From contig NIVC01000598.1 of NCBI GenBank assembly GCA_002269645.1, positions 62,001 to 126,000 on the forward strand: a stretch of 64,000 nucleotides of DNA. Reading direction: 5' to 3'. Of this stretch, positions 1 through 12,612 are shown one piece after another. This DNA comes from Macrostomum lignano (taxonomy: Eukaryota). The position numbers and the translations under genes were made by a program. The notes under the pieces are model-generated. The model saw nothing but the letters and a program-made list of their open reading frames with translations, searched no databases and had not been told where the DNA came from. How positions within the stretch are numbered: position 1 is the first letter of the stretch; each line of letters starts with the position of its first letter.

Positions 1-689
1 ACCCCTAGAGCACCTCCGACCTACAAGCCACGCAGATTCCAAATGCAAATCTTTGATTCGGTCTGTCCGAACTTTGAACAGTGGAGCACCGGCATGCCCG
101 CAGCTTGTGCAGTCAAAGCGAACATTTCCAAGAAAGAGTAATTGGAATTCTGGCTGGCAGAATTCGTTGCTGAAGCTCTTCTTCGTGAATGTTACCCGAG
201 GTGCCAAGCCCCAAGCCCCCAGGCGCGTCTGTGTGTGCTTTGCAAAGTCGAATAAAAGACCTCCTGTCTCAAAGACTTACCAGGAAAGTTTAACCCGTCA
301 AGAATTACGATTTCTTCAGAGCTGCTTGAGAAGACGGGGATCCTGACTCTCGGGATTCTTAGCAAATTCTTCGGAGCAGAAGAGAGAGACAGAAATGCCT
401 CTCAATTTCAGCTTTTATGCGGAATTTTAGAGACGTCAGTCGGCTCCTCTGCTGACCAATCAGAGGCCAGTTGGGTCCGTCGGGTTTTCAGTTTTCCTTC
501 TGCTAAAAATGTGAAGTCGAACTTCGGCGCCACCTAATCTGTCACTGTCGGGTAGGTTTTAGCAGCAAATATTGACTGGGACCGCACCGTTCCAGCCCTC
601 CAGCTGCTCAGCTGATGCGGCTGCTTAGCGAAGGATGAACTGCTGCTCGTCTTGGAGCGAATTATGAGGGCGAAAAATGAGAGGATGAG

Positions 690-1345
690 AATGAAGGGAG
701 GACGGTGAAGAATGAAGGGAGCACAGGGAAGAATGAAGGGAGCACAGAGAAGAATGAAGGAAGCACAGAGAAGAATGAAGGGAGGACAGTGAAGAATGAA
801 GGAAAGACAGGGAAGAATGAAGGAAGGATGGTGAAGAATGAAGGGAGCACAGAGAAGAATGAAGGGAGCACAGGGAAGAATGACGGAAGCACAGGGAAGA
901 ATGAAGGGAGGATGGTGAAGAATGAAGGGAAGATGGTGAAGAATGAAGAGAGGATGGTGAAGAATGAAGGGAGGATGGTGAAGAATGAAGGGAGCACAGA
1001 GAAGAATGAAGGGAGCGCAGGGAAGAATGACGGAAGCACAGGGAAGAATGAAGGGAGGACGGTGAAGAATGAAGGGAGCACAGGGAAGAATGAAGGGAGC
1101 ACAGGGAAGAATGAAGGGAGGACAGTGAAGAATGAAGGAAAGACAGGGAAGAATGAAGGGAGCACAGGGAAGAATGAAGGGAGCACAGAGAAGAATGAAG
1201 GGAGCACAGGGAAGAATGAAGGGAGCACAGGGAAGAATGAAGGGAGCACAGGGAAGAATGAAGGGAGGATGGTGAAGAATGAAGAGAGGATGGTGAAGAA
1301 TGAAGGGAGGATGGTGAAGAATGAAGGGAGGACAGGGAAGAATGA
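690..1345. repeat. 21-bp purine-rich minisatellite (gggaagaatgaagggagcaca), ~31 units
   Basis: Tandem units read directly. The KNEGSTG and LPSFFPV ORFs are its translations; the plus frame starts after TGA 678-680 at a GTG rather than an ATG. Confidence 0.95.
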
Positions 1346-1415
1346 ATGGAGTTCGAATAAGGGAGTCCGGTAAAAAATACTCGCAGGACTTGACTTTCTA
1401 ATCGTCAGGCATGTA

Positions 1416-1417
<2 letters not shown>

Positions 1418-1483
<66 letters not shown>
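1418..1483. repeat. (CT)n microsatellite
   Basis: Perfect CT dinucleotide run. Confidence 0.98.
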
Positions 1484-1485
<2 letters not shown>

Positions 1486-2225
1486 GCGTTTATTGCTGAG
1501 CTGCTAGAACGCGAGAGAATAAAGGGCTGCTGGTTATGATCAGCAGAGTTCTAATCAGGCTGGATTGCCAAAGCCGCTCCATCGAGTTGAGAGGAACTTC
1601 GGCACTCAGCTCGGAATGTCAGGCAGCGCGCATTGTATCATGTCTAAACAGGCCTGGCCTCTCTCTAGGCAAGCAGTGCGGCCGATTCGAAACCAACTGT
1701 TTGCTCTGGCCTCACTATTTCATTTGCTGCCTGAATTGCTGGCTGGCTTTGTCTTCTGCTTCCAGAGAGTCTGGGCCTCAATGATGAAGGAATGAGTGGA
1801 AAGTTTACACTGCCACCCATTTGTCCAATTTGTCCCCATTTGTCCCCCTTGTCCACGAGGCTCTCATTGTCTAGCTCTGCTCCAGCCCGATCCTTCCTTG
1901 GCAACGAGTGGATGAAGAAATTCCCGCCCCAGCAGCCTGAATCGACTTGGCAAACACAGGCCTCATTCTCGCCTGACAATGGGCCCTGCATGTTTTTTTC
2001 TCCATCTCCTGCCGGGCTGCCGTGGCATTTATTGAAATTATCAGGAGGATGCAGCTACATCTTATCAATCGCGCCCAATTAGTGCTGCCCTTGACTGGGC
2101 CGAATCGATAACTTCTGGGTCTCGCGATTTTGTTTAGAGAAGTGACGAGTTTTTGGATGGCTGGCTTGGAAACCCGTGTTCTCAGCGGATCCACAGGGCT
2201 GAATGTAACGATCTTTTTGTGTTGT

Positions 2226-2555
2226 GGGTCTGTGCTTGTGCTGGTTGCAGATCTGTGCTTGTGCTGGTTGCAGATCTGTGCTTGTGCTGGTTGCAGATCT
2301 GTGCTTGTGCTGGTTGCAGATCTGTGCTTGTGCTGGTTGCAGATCTGTGCTTGTGCTGGTTGCAGATCTGTGCTTGTGCTGGTTTCAGATCTGTGCTTGT
2401 GCTCGTTGCAGATCTGTGCTTGTACTGGTTTCAGATCTGTGCTTGTGCTGGTTGCAGATCTGTGCTTGTGCTGGTTGCAGATCTGTGCTTGTGCTGGTTG
2501 CAGATCTGTGCTTTTGCCGCTTGCAGATCTGTGCTTGTGCTGGTTGCAGATTTGC
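2226..2555. repeat. 23-bp minisatellite (cagatctgtgcttgtgctggttg), ~14 units
   Basis: Tandem units read directly; the unit is not a multiple of 3, so the ORFs cycle through three peptides. Confidence 0.95.
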
Positions 2556-2969
2556 GTAGATCTCTGCGAAATGCTTCTCAATTCTATGCTTGAATTGAAC
2601 TAATCGTTACTAAATAAGTAACTTTTGCTTTTGATACTACTCAAGTCCATCAGTAGTATCTAAATACAATTTAGAAACACAGCGGACTATTGGATAAGTG
2701 TGTCGCCTATAACAGGGACAGCGCTGGCCAACCACCGCGGCCGGCCTCAACTGGATAATAGATCGAGGCTCGGCACTTTGCCAGCGGGTCAGCTCTCGGC
2801 TCTCCATACTTCGACAAATTCTGGAATAGTAAGACAATAAAGGTAAGTCGGCGGAGTTGAGTTTTTAGCTATTGCTCTGCTACCTGCTAGTTAAGAGCTG
2901 GATTTTAGAAAGTGAGTTTTCCTTTGTATCTGGGAGGAGTAAGTGATGATAGGGAATACCAGAGAGAGG

Positions 2970-3445
2970 GAGAGGAACGAGAGGCAGAGGAACGAGAGGC
3001 AGAGAAACGAGAGGCAGAGGAACGAGAGGCAGAGAAACGAGAGGCAGAGGAACGAGAGGCAGAGGAACGAGAGGCAGAGGAACGGGAGGCAGAGGAACGA
3101 GAGGCAGAGGAACGAGAGGCAGAGGAAAGAGAGGCAGAGGAACGAGAGGCAGAGGAACGAGAGGCAGAGGAACGAGAGGCAGAGGAACGAGAGGCAGAGG
3201 AACGAGAGGCAGAGGAACGAGAGGCAGAGGAACGAGAGGCAGAGGAACGAGAGGCAGAGGAACGAGAGGCAGAGGAACGAGAGGCAGAGGAACGAGAGGC
3301 AGAGGAACGAGAGGCAGAGGAACGAGAGGCAGAGGAACGAGAGGCAGAGGAACGAGAGGCAGAGGAACGAGAGGCAGAGGAACGAGAGGCAGAGGAACGA
3401 GAGGCAGAGGAACAGAGGAGACAGAGAGGCAGAGGAACGAGAGAG
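2970..3445. repeat. 15-bp purine-rich minisatellite (gaggcagaggaacga), ~31 units
   Basis: Tandem units read directly; gives the EAEER, RQRNE and SASRS ORFs, with no ATG start in the EAEER frame. Confidence 0.93.
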
Positions 3446-3884
3446 AGAGTAAAGAGAGGCACTTGAAGGAGAAGCAGAGAAAGTAAAGGCAAGTTGCATG
3501 AGGACAACACTTCGCTAACGTAAAATGAGCGATGGACGAACAGGCTTGCTGGAGGGGAGTTTATTTTCACATAGATGTACTTTTGTATTGTATTCGGCAC
3601 CGAAAACAAAAAAACAAGAGCACAATTGGATTACGGAAGCTAAAGACTTGCAGCAACGCAGATTTGAGCTGCTATGAAAGCCTCTAAAAGAAGCTTGTTC
3701 CACAAGACAAAGTGAATTTCCATATTTGGCCAGGCGTGCCGCTGCTAATGCGGGGCGCCAATTAGCAGAAAATCTGCGCCGAGTTCTTAGCGGATTAGCA
3801 GCTTTTGTAGTTCGAATAGAAGCAATAAATTTCGCTGCTTTCACCTGGGAATTGACCCATTTTAGCACCAAGCCGGATCAGCCA

Positions 3885-4169
3885 ATGAGAACTCCGTCAA
3901 CCACCGGCCTGATGCTCTGCGCCCTCCTGGCGCTGGCCGCTGCCGCCACGTCCGCCTTGGGCGCGGCTGTCCGAGACGAGGCGGACGGCAGCAAAGCGGC
4001 TCCGAAGGCAGTCGAGGACAAGCGCGGCTACCGCTACCTGAAAGAGGCGATGCTCGGCGGCCAGGACGGTAACTATGACAACGGCTTCCTGGTGAGGAAG
4101 AAGGGCTACGCCTACCTGAACAGCGTGCTGAGGAACTACCGAGACTTCGACTACGCCTACAGGCGGTGA
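3885..4169 (+). CDS. Secreted neuropeptide-type prohormone, 94 aa (signal peptide, KR and RKK cleavage sites, two GYxYL peptides)
   Basis: ATG 3885; hydrophobic signal LMLCALLALAAAATSALG; KR-GYRYLKEAMLGGQDGNYDNGFLV-RKK-GYAYLNSVLRNYRDFDYAY-RR*. GC-rich coding-like codons, TTTAG acceptor-like site 3861-3865, AATAAA 4220-4225. Confidence 0.8.
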   Translation: MRTPSTTGLMLCALLALAAAATSALGAAVRDEADGSKAAPKAVEDKRGYRYLKEAMLGGQDGNYDNGFLVRKKGYAYLNSVLRNYRDFDYAYRR

Positions 4170-4364
4170 CAGGGCGAGGGATGGCTGTTTGCCAGCTGAG
4201 GTCGTTCCTACCCTGCAGCAATAAAATGCACAGCGACTTGACATCTCTGAGTCTGAGAATACCTCTTGGCAATTTGTATTTCTGAGTTTGTTTTAATTAC
4301 TTCGCTATGATCTGCTGATAATCTGATTTCATCTGAATCAGGTTCTTTTTGGCGCTTAAAAACT

Positions 4365-4962
4365 TGAGGCAGTGTGGTGCTAACAGAAACACTGGCTGAT
4401 GCAGGGTGGCGCTAACAGAAACACTGGCTGAGGCAGGGTGGCGCTAACAGAAACACTGGCTGAGGCAGGGTGGCACCAAGTTGAGGCAGTGTGGCGCCAA
4501 GCTGAGGCAGTGTGGCTCCAAGCTGAGGCAGTGTGGCGCCAAGCTGAGGCAGTGTGGCGCCAAGTTGAGGCAGTGTGGCACCAAGTTGAGGCAGTGTGGC
4601 GCCAAGCTGAGGCAGTGTGGCGCCAAGCTGAGGCAGTGTGGCACCAAGCTGAGGCAGTGTCGCGCCAAGTTGAGGCAGTGTGGCGCCAAGCTGAGGCAGT
4701 ATGGCGCCAAGCTGAGGCAGTGTGGCGCCAAGCTGAGGCAGTGTGGCGCCAAGTTGAGGCAGTGTGGCGCCAAGCTGAGGCAGTGTGGCGCCAAGTTGAG
4801 GCAGTGTGGCGCCAAGCTGAGGCAGTGTGGCGCCAAGTTGAGGCAGTGTGGCGCCAAGCTGAGGCAGTGTGGCGCCAAGCTGAGGCAGTGTGGCGCCAAG
4901 CTGAGGCAGTGTGGCACCAAGCTGAGGCAGTGTGGCACCAAGCTGAGGCAGTGTGGCGCCAA
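4365..4962. repeat. 21-bp minisatellite (gccaagctgaggcagtgtggc) preceded by related longer units
   Basis: Tandem units read directly. Confidence 0.95.
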
Positions 4963-5471
4963 AACAAACTAATGCATTCGCTGGGTCAGTGTGGCGCCAG
5001 TCAGAAATTCATGGCATGCGATGTGCAGCCACACAATAAACTCACAGTTTAAACTGGCCCTGCAACTGCAGCAGCATTTATGAAGCAGCTCTTACAAAGT
5101 GCAAATAGGTCTGCAGTATCATTGCTGCTGATCTGTGCAGCTGCCCAGTGAAGTGCGAAAGCATGCAGTTTCAATCCGATGATGATGGGAACAGGAAAAT
5201 TTGTACTCAATCTCCAACTGGACTTTATCCACTCTGATTCTTTCCTATTGATGATAATCCTATGGGACAGACTGGGATTAGCGGGCGCTTAAAACTGAGT
5301 GGCTTGTCAAATTTCCGCTCGAAGTGGCAGAAGGGAGAGCCTGCACAGCCCGCAGTGACAATGCCGCTAGAGTTCAGAGGGAGGGGGCAAAAAGGATGCG
5401 GCGGGCACGGTCTCGAAATTCAATCTCATTTTTCGGGTAGAAATTTTCGCTTGATAAAACTTTTGAAGGTA

Positions 5472-6512
5472 AGAAATCTGACCGCTATGGGGAATCTAAC
5501 CGCTAAGGAGGGTCATCTGACCGCTAAGGAGGGGAATCTGACCCTAAGGAAAATCTGACCGCTAAGGAGGGGAATTTGACCCTAAGGAAAATCTGACCGC
5601 TAAGGAGGGGAATCTGACCCTAAGGAAAATCTGACTGCTAAGGAGGGGAATCTGACCCTAAGGAAAATCTGACCGCTAAGGAGGGGAATTTGACCTCTAA
5701 GGAAGGGAATCTATCCGCTAAGGAGGGGAATCTAACCGCTAAGAAGGGGAATCTGACCGATAAGGAGGGGAATCTGACCGCTAAGGAGGGGAATCTGACC
5801 GCTAAGGAGGGGAATTTGACCGCTAAGGAGGGGAATCTAACCGCTAAGGAGGGGAATCTAACTGGTATGTAGGGGAATCTAACCGCTAAGGAGGGAAATC
5901 TGACCGCTAAGGAGGGGAATCTGACCGCTAAGGAGGGGAATCTGATCGCTAAGGAGGGGAATTTGACCGCTAAGGAGGGGAATCTAACCGCTAAGGAGGG
6001 GAATCTAACTGGTATGTAGGGGAATCTAACCGCTAAGGAGGGAAATCTGACCGCTAAGGAGGGGAATCTGACCGCTAAGGAGGGGAATCTGACCGCTAAG
6101 GAGGGGAATCTGACCGCTAAGGAGGGGAATCTAACCGCTAAGGAGGGGAATCTGACCGCTAAGGAGGGGAATCAAACCGCTAAGAAGGGGAATCTGACCG
6201 CTATGGAGGGGAATCCAACTGGTATGTAGGGGAATCTAACCGCTAAGGAGGGGAATCTGACCGCTATGGAGGGGAATCTAACCGCTAAGGATGGGAATCT
6301 AACTGGTATGTAGGGGAATCTAACCGCTAAGGAGGGGAATCTAACCGCTAAGGAGGGGAATCTGACCGCTAAGGAGGGGAATCTAACTGGTATGTAGGGG
6401 AATCTAACCGCTAAGGTGGGGAATCTAACCGCTAAGGAGGGAATCTAACCGCTAAGGAGGGAATCTAACCGCTAAGGTGGGGAATCTAACTGCTACGGGG
6501 AATCTAACCGCT
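5472..6512. repeat. 21-bp minisatellite (gaatctgaccgctaaggaggg), ~49 units
   Basis: Tandem units with variants (aactggtatgtaggg). Confidence 0.95.
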
Positions 6513-8982
6513 ATGGAGGAGAACCTGATTTCTAAGGAAGTAAATAAACAAGCTCGGAGATCTGAGAGGCCCGGTAAAAAAGATGAACATGAAGGTTTTT
6601 TGCGACTTCTTTTCGTCCTTTTTCCTTTTCTGTGCGACTCGCTTCACCGCTAGGGTCGCGCCTTTTTCGTGTCGCCTCCCACGTTCCCCGTCCACCCATC
6701 TTCATATTAGGAAATCAAATGGCTTGTTGAGTTGGTATACGCTGGGGGCAGTTTGAATCTGCATGACATCAACAGCAATTTTGCTATACGCGATCGTAGT
6801 AATTAGTACATTCTCTACATGAAAAAATCGGTGCGAAGTGGTAAAAAAAGTGTCCACCGTGTGGCGCCAAAGGCATGGCCTCAGTTCACATAAGTATATA
6901 TTCTGAGATTCTCGTAGCCTCAAAACTGAAAATCCGGTCACACCCCGGATTTCACTTAATTTTCTAACCTTAAATGATGGGATCGGAGAAGTTTGGAAAT
7001 CGCTGTGCAAGCAAAGGGGATGCGCGATGGCTATTGGCAAATATCCCGCGGTCACGATGAAAGAACTGCATGCGCAAACAATTCGCCCTTGTGCAAACAA
7101 TGAAAATGCATGCACTGCTGCACTGCACTGCTCATCACGCTAATTGCTTGTGCGTGAAACATGATTCAATGATTAAGCATTCAATGATGGCTATAATCAT
7201 AGCTGCATGGTAGAACACGAATGAGATCGATATTGGTAACATTTAGTTTTTAAAAAATCGTCTGTTGGTTTTATAGTGTCTGGTAAGTACATTTCATCTG
7301 CATACGACGACTGAGTAAAATGTACAACCGTTTCCCTGGGGTCTGCCAAAGCGAAATCGGCCATGCAGTGCCGAATTCAACTATGGCTAGACGCGAGCAA
7401 CATGCAGCCATGGAAGCGGCCATGCAAGCGAATCCAAATTAATTTACATCCGGTTTCTAATGGGGCTACGAGCTATACGATTTGGTTCGAATTAAAGCCT
7501 TTGGCTGTTCGTCGAATTTCTTTGTGATGTAGTTCTGCAATTTCTGCTTCACAGCATAGGCTAATATGCAGTCCTATTTAATATTACGATCGCAGGTATC
7601 GCTCCTTTGTGTCTCGATAGCACTGTTAAAGCCAAAGTACAACGAGCTGAAAGCGCTCCGATTTTAAAGCATGTATGTATGTATACATGATTGCGCAGCT
7701 GTCAGAATCAAACGCCGTGGAGAAGACATCTACGGCCAAGCATTGACCATCCGTGATTTATCTTAAAACCATGCTCGTCCAGTCTTAAATTGGCAACAGA
7801 TTTACTGCATGCAAAATGCTTGTTTGCTTTATAAAAAGTAAAACGCATATTTACGAATAATTAAAATTTCAAGAAATTTAGGCTAAATTTGAATAAGTAG
7901 CCACTATTTAACCTAGTTATAACAACAATACTTCGATAATTGCAACACTTAAAAGGACTAAGTTATGGTCGTAGTAAATAAAGAATTAAGATGCTAATAG
8001 TTTGACTAATCGAGTTAATAAACCTTCCTGAATTTTTCTAACTATTGTTTACACAAGCAACAATTAAATCAACGAGGATATCTTCTTAAAATATTTGAAA
8101 TCAGTACGTCCCTAGTCTACTAAAATAATCATACATTTACTAATTTATTAACATATAAATAATACGGTAATATTTTATATTAAAAAATATATATTAGAAA
8201 ATTCTTTGCTCTAAAACTACACTTACAGTCTTTTTTCAACCCTCATATTAAACAATGCTGTATTTTGCTTCAGCTTCGCACCACCTTCACTGGACTGGCT
8301 TCCCAAAGAAATGTATTGATCAAGCAATCTGTCCAAACTAGACTATACTTTTATTCTTTACAACAGTTATTAAAGTTGAACTATTTTAATGCAGGGCAAC
8401 CTAGCAAATCACATGTAAACTATTTAGATTGTTCAACTATATATGAACTGAATGAAATTTTATGTGTATAATATGCATGCAATAATACAAAAAAACACAA
8501 TAAAAATGTTAATTTTGCAATGCTATTCCGTCATTTATATTCTAGAATGAAATTATTGGTTGTTTTAGGTTTAATCAATATTTATAATATTCATTGATTT
8601 AACTACCTGGACAGTAACTACAGATATAGGTTCCTTAAATACAAGAATCATAGCAATAAGTATTAATAGTAGTAGCAATATAAAATCAACTATTTCAGTT
8701 ATAATTTCAAATTTCACTTTGGAAATGACAGCTACTGCTTTTTCTGAAATTTTCTCTTGCTAATGGTCGAAATAATTTATTACCAATAATTTTTCTATTT
8801 GCCATCAAATTCATATATTTTCATGCTCAATTTTAATGCTTGTCAGTGCTGTAATTTTGATTTTATTTCTCTAAGTTTGAAACTAATCCAGATTATTTTT
8901 ACCGTATCATGAAACAAAATAAATTTAATTAATATCATCTCAACAGAATCGATACAGCATGTGATTTCACTTTTTACCCCAA

Positions 8983-10340
8983 ATGCATCCATTTTTGTGC
9001 ATGTCTTTTTACCGCTGTAATTTTCTGGGTGGGCAGCTGCTGCTGCTGGCCCTGCTGCTCACTCTGCTGGGCCGGCCATCCAGCCAGCTTGAGCTCAACT
9101 GCTCTGGAGGCCACCTACCGCCCGTGGGTCCTGGGGTCGACCATCTCGAAGTGGTGGCTAACGCCGCTTCTGCGCCAGCTTCCTGCCAGCTGAGCGTGAC
9201 TGCCGCTTCGGGCGCCGGGCGCTGGTACCTGTGGCTCGAGTCCAGCAGCGGGGCCGACGGCGATCTTGTTGTCCGCGACGGAGCCGACGTTACCGCCTGG
9301 AGCGGCACCTCCCAGCTCAACAGCGCCATCCTGGAGCGGAAGCTGATCCGGTCGGGCGCCTTCTCGCTGGACTTGACCCTTCGCGTGGGCCACCTGACTT
9401 TGCGGGCCGACCTCGTCGCGCCCAGCGCCTGCCCTCCGGCGTCCGATGGCTGGTCGATGCCATGGCCCGGCGGCTGCCTGATGGTGTCCGCGGGCACCAA
9501 CAATTTCCTGAGCTTTATGGACGCGCAGCACGCCTGTGAGCGAGTCGGCGCCAATCTGTTCACAACGTCAGCCTCGGACCCCACGGCCTGGGCCCTGTCT
9601 TACCTGTTCTTCGGCAACCGGTTGCGCACCGGCTTCGGCTACTGGATTGGCGCCCGCCTCACCGCTGAGGGCAATTGGGCCTACATCAACGGCTCCCGCC
9701 TGCTGGTCGGCAGGTAGGCTGCCACAGAGCTGAATTGCACTGCTTTTCCTACTCTCCGTCTCACTCTATTCTCTCCCAATTACCTGCTATTTGAAATGAA
9801 TTTAAAAAATTGAAATAACGCCGCTCCCTCCGCAGCACCCTTCCGCCTTACAAGTACGACTGCGGCCGGTCCGTGGCGGCCTGCCAGTGCGCTCTGTACC
9901 GAGAGGCGCAGCTCTACCGCAACGATTGCTCGGACAGGCGGCCTTTCATCTGCGCTGCTCCGCCAGGCGGCACCTTCGACTTCTTCTCCGCCCACAGTGC
10001 CAACTGCGTGGACTGCCGAAGCGCCGTGGTCACCGTGTCTGTCAGCGACGAATTCGCCGAGTCGGGGCGTCGGATGTACTTTTACTTGGTCAGCATTTGC
10101 GTCGTGATCCTGGCTGCCATCACAGCCGGGGTCATTGCCTGCTTCGTGCACAGCGTCAGGCGCTGGCGGATCGATGCCAAGCTGGCGGCCCGGCGGCCCC
10201 CGGACTACGAGCTGGACGATGGACCGCCGAATTTCCCCGTGTCGCCCGCCAGCATCGACCTGGAATCCGAGCCGCCCGTCTATGACGGCTTCGTGGAGGC
10301 TGGGCTGCCGGCCAATCAGAATCCGCCAACAGCCTTGTGA
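8983..10340 (+). CDS. Type I membrane protein with N-terminal CUB-like region and a C-type lectin domain; exons 8983-9713 and 9836-10340
   Basis: Signal-like LLLLALLLTLLG; CTLD motifs CPxxxxGW..GGCL, SFMDAQHACERVGANL, YWIGARL, C...DCSDRRPFIC. GT-AG intron 9714-9835 joins the two ORFs in frame (phase 2). TM YLVSICVVILAAITAGVIACFV. The true start codon is uncertain. Confidence 0.8.
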
Positions 10341-10426
10341 TCGGGGCTGCCGGCCAATCAGAATCCGCCAACAGCCTTGTGATCGGGGCTGCCGGCCAAT
10401 CAGAATCCGCCAACAGCCTTGTGATC
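10302..10426. repeat. 42-bp x3 tandem duplication of the lectin gene's last codons and stop
   Basis: gggctgccggccaatcagaatccgccaacagccttgtgatc recurs with a 42-bp period (gccaat at 10311, 10353, 10395). Confidence 0.95.
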
Positions 10427-11203
10427 GAAAGTCAGAAAGAAAACTAATTGTCTGTTTGCTTTTTATAGAGATTTACTGTCTGTGGCTTCAAGCTCCCGTT
10501 TTCCCCAATCGCTGTCAGCAGCTGCAGGTTAAGCAGAGTTTGGGCGCGGTTAGTACACAGCTGGTTAGGCTTGTCTCACAAGTCAATGTATGATCATTTC
10601 AAAGAATTTCAAATAAAAGAAGTTATATATTCAATTGTCGTTTTTCATGACGCACATGTAAGCTTGGAAAAAAATCAATATTTTTGTACATAGCAAACCC
10701 AAGTACAAAGAATTGTTTTATATAAGCAAAACCTATTTGTATCGCTGGTGCACTAATCTCAACTCATCCTGTGTCTTCCATTTTTTCACTGAATCTGACC
10801 CAGTTTCCTGTCGGTGCTGTGAGATTTTTTTCAATCGAATTTCCGCTTTTGTCTTCCGTTTATAGATTTTTCAGTTAAAAATATACAAATTTCGCTGAGC
10901 AGATTGCTATTTTACGATAGAATTCATAAATAATGAACGCCCGGTTCACCTTTCTGAACAGCAATTAGCGATACTTTCATAACGAGCGCTGCAACAGCAC
11001 AGGCTCAAAAAAAGAGTTTCCCAACTCAATGAGCAACACTCACTTGTATCCGCTTCAAAGGCTTAGGGCTGACGGTAATTGGACTGGCTGGGCTAATAGA
11101 ACAGGTGCCCATAGAGACAAAGCTGGCTGTCGGCTTGCTCAAATCCGCTTTGACCAGCTCGATAAAACTGCCCGGCAATGCGAGCGGGGCTGACTGCAGC
11201 GCA

Positions 11204-11773
11204 ATGGCCGCAGCACCTGATGAGGCCGCCAACGCAACCAGCCCGCAGGCTTTGCTGCAGACGTCCTCGGAGGCAGGCGGCCTCACCGTGCCGGGCATCG
11301 CCCTCATCTTCGTCTGCGCCTTCCTGCTGGCTGCGGCCGCTGTCGGCCTGGTGCTGTGGCTGCTGGTGAAGAAGGGCGTCATCTGGCGAAGCACCGAGGC
11401 TGACCGCTCCGAGATCAACGCCATGTGGTCGTCGGCGTCCCGGCCGGGCAGCCGGTGGACCAGGATGTCCTCGTCGATGTCCTCTTCGTCACGACCTGGC
11501 GGCGGTCCGCGGAGGGACAGCAGCCGGCAGTCGAATATCACGGCTGGCGGCGCTGGAGACGCCAGCACCAGCGGCTGCAGCAGCGGAGGCGGCCAGCGCA
11601 GCGACTCCTCGCCAGCCTGCGAGTCTTCGCCGAGTTGCCGCATCGCGGCCGACGACTGCAGCAGCCGCCGCAACAGTGAGGCGCAACACCAGAGACTGCG
11701 GATAGCGACTGCTTCAGGGAGTGAACAACTGGGTGTTGACAGTTCAAGGCAGTTGACTGTTGTGGAAACCTGA
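11204..11773 (+). CDS. Single-pass membrane protein with a Ser/Gly-rich cytoplasmic tail (possibly a 3' exon of a larger gene)
   Basis: GC-rich ORF; TM GIALIFVCAFLLAAAAVGLVLWLLV followed by KK. First ATG 11204; the frame is open from ~11033. Confidence 0.6.
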   Translation: MAAAPDEAANATSPQALLQTSSEAGGLTVPGIALIFVCAFLLAAAAVGLVLWLLVKKGVIWRSTEADRSEINAMWSSASRPGSRWTRMSSSMSSSSRPGGGPRRDSSRQSNITAGGAGDASTSGCSSGGGQRSDSSPACESSPSCRIAADDCSSRRNSEAQHQRLRIATASGSEQLGVDSSRQLTVVET

Positions 11774-11874
11774 GCCGCATAACAGCTTTAGTGCATTCAA
11801 TCATACGGTGTAAATCTAAGAATTGAGGCTGGATGCTTCCATAGATTTCTCAATCCCTATGTTATAACATGCAG

Positions 11875-12612
11875 TTCGGCTATGAGCATCTGGAGCTGGC
11901 ATGCAGTTGCTAGGCTATACGCTGGGTTATGAACTGGGCTATGAGCATCTGACACTGGCAATAGCTGGCCTATGAGCTGGGTTCTGAGCTGGGATATGAG
12001 CTGGGCTATGAGCACCTGACACAGGCAGTAGCTGGGCTATGAGCTGGGAAATGATTATCTGACACTGGCAGTAGGTGGGCTATGAGTTGGGCTATGAGCT
12101 GGGCTATGAGCATCTGGCACTGGCATTAGCTGGGTTATGGGCATCTGACACAGGCAGTAGCAGACCTATGAGCTGGGCTATGAGCATCTGGCACTGGCAT
12201 TAGCTGGGTTATGGGCATCTGACACAGGCAGTAGCAGACCTATGAGCTGGGCTATGAGCATCTGGCACCGGCATTAGCTGGGTTATGGGCATCTGACACA
12301 GGCAGTAGCAGACCTATGAGCTGGGCTATGAGCATCTGACACAGGCAGTAGCTGGGCTATGAGCTGGGCTATGAGCATCTGTCACAGGCAGTATCAGACG
12401 TATGAGCTGGTCTATGAGCATCTGGCACTGGCAAAGCTGGGTTATGGGCATCTGACACAGGCAGTAGCAGGCCTATGAGCTTTGCTATGAGCATCTGACA
12501 CAGGCAGTAGCAGGCCTATGAGCTTTGCTATGGGCATCTGACACAGGCAGTAGCAGGCCTATGAGCTTTGATATGAGGCATCTGTCACAGGCAGTAGCAG
12601 GCCTATGAGCAT
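11875..12612. repeat. Compound minisatellite built from gagctgggctat and gagcatctgacacaggcagta modules
   Basis: Tandem modules read directly. Confidence 0.9.

Noticed and set aside
1-276. Minus-strand frame open for 92 codons to the window edge (contains CTSCGH), with a possible 52-nt intron 280-229
   Set aside because: No recognisable homology, and the splice phases do not join into a consistent ORF; it may be an exon of a gene extending outside the window
662-1373. KNEGSTG and LPSFFPV repeat ORFs
   Set aside because: Translations of a 21-bp minisatellite; no unique caps or gene signals
2912-3466. Poly-EAEER ORF resembling a single-alpha-helix protein
   Set aside because: GTG start only, purine-rich repeat, frame degrades at the end, no supporting gene signals
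4380-5052. Long ORFs (RQAEAVW, LRQCGAK, HTASAWR)
   Set aside because: Open in most frames because the 21-bp unit lacks stops; no coding bias evident
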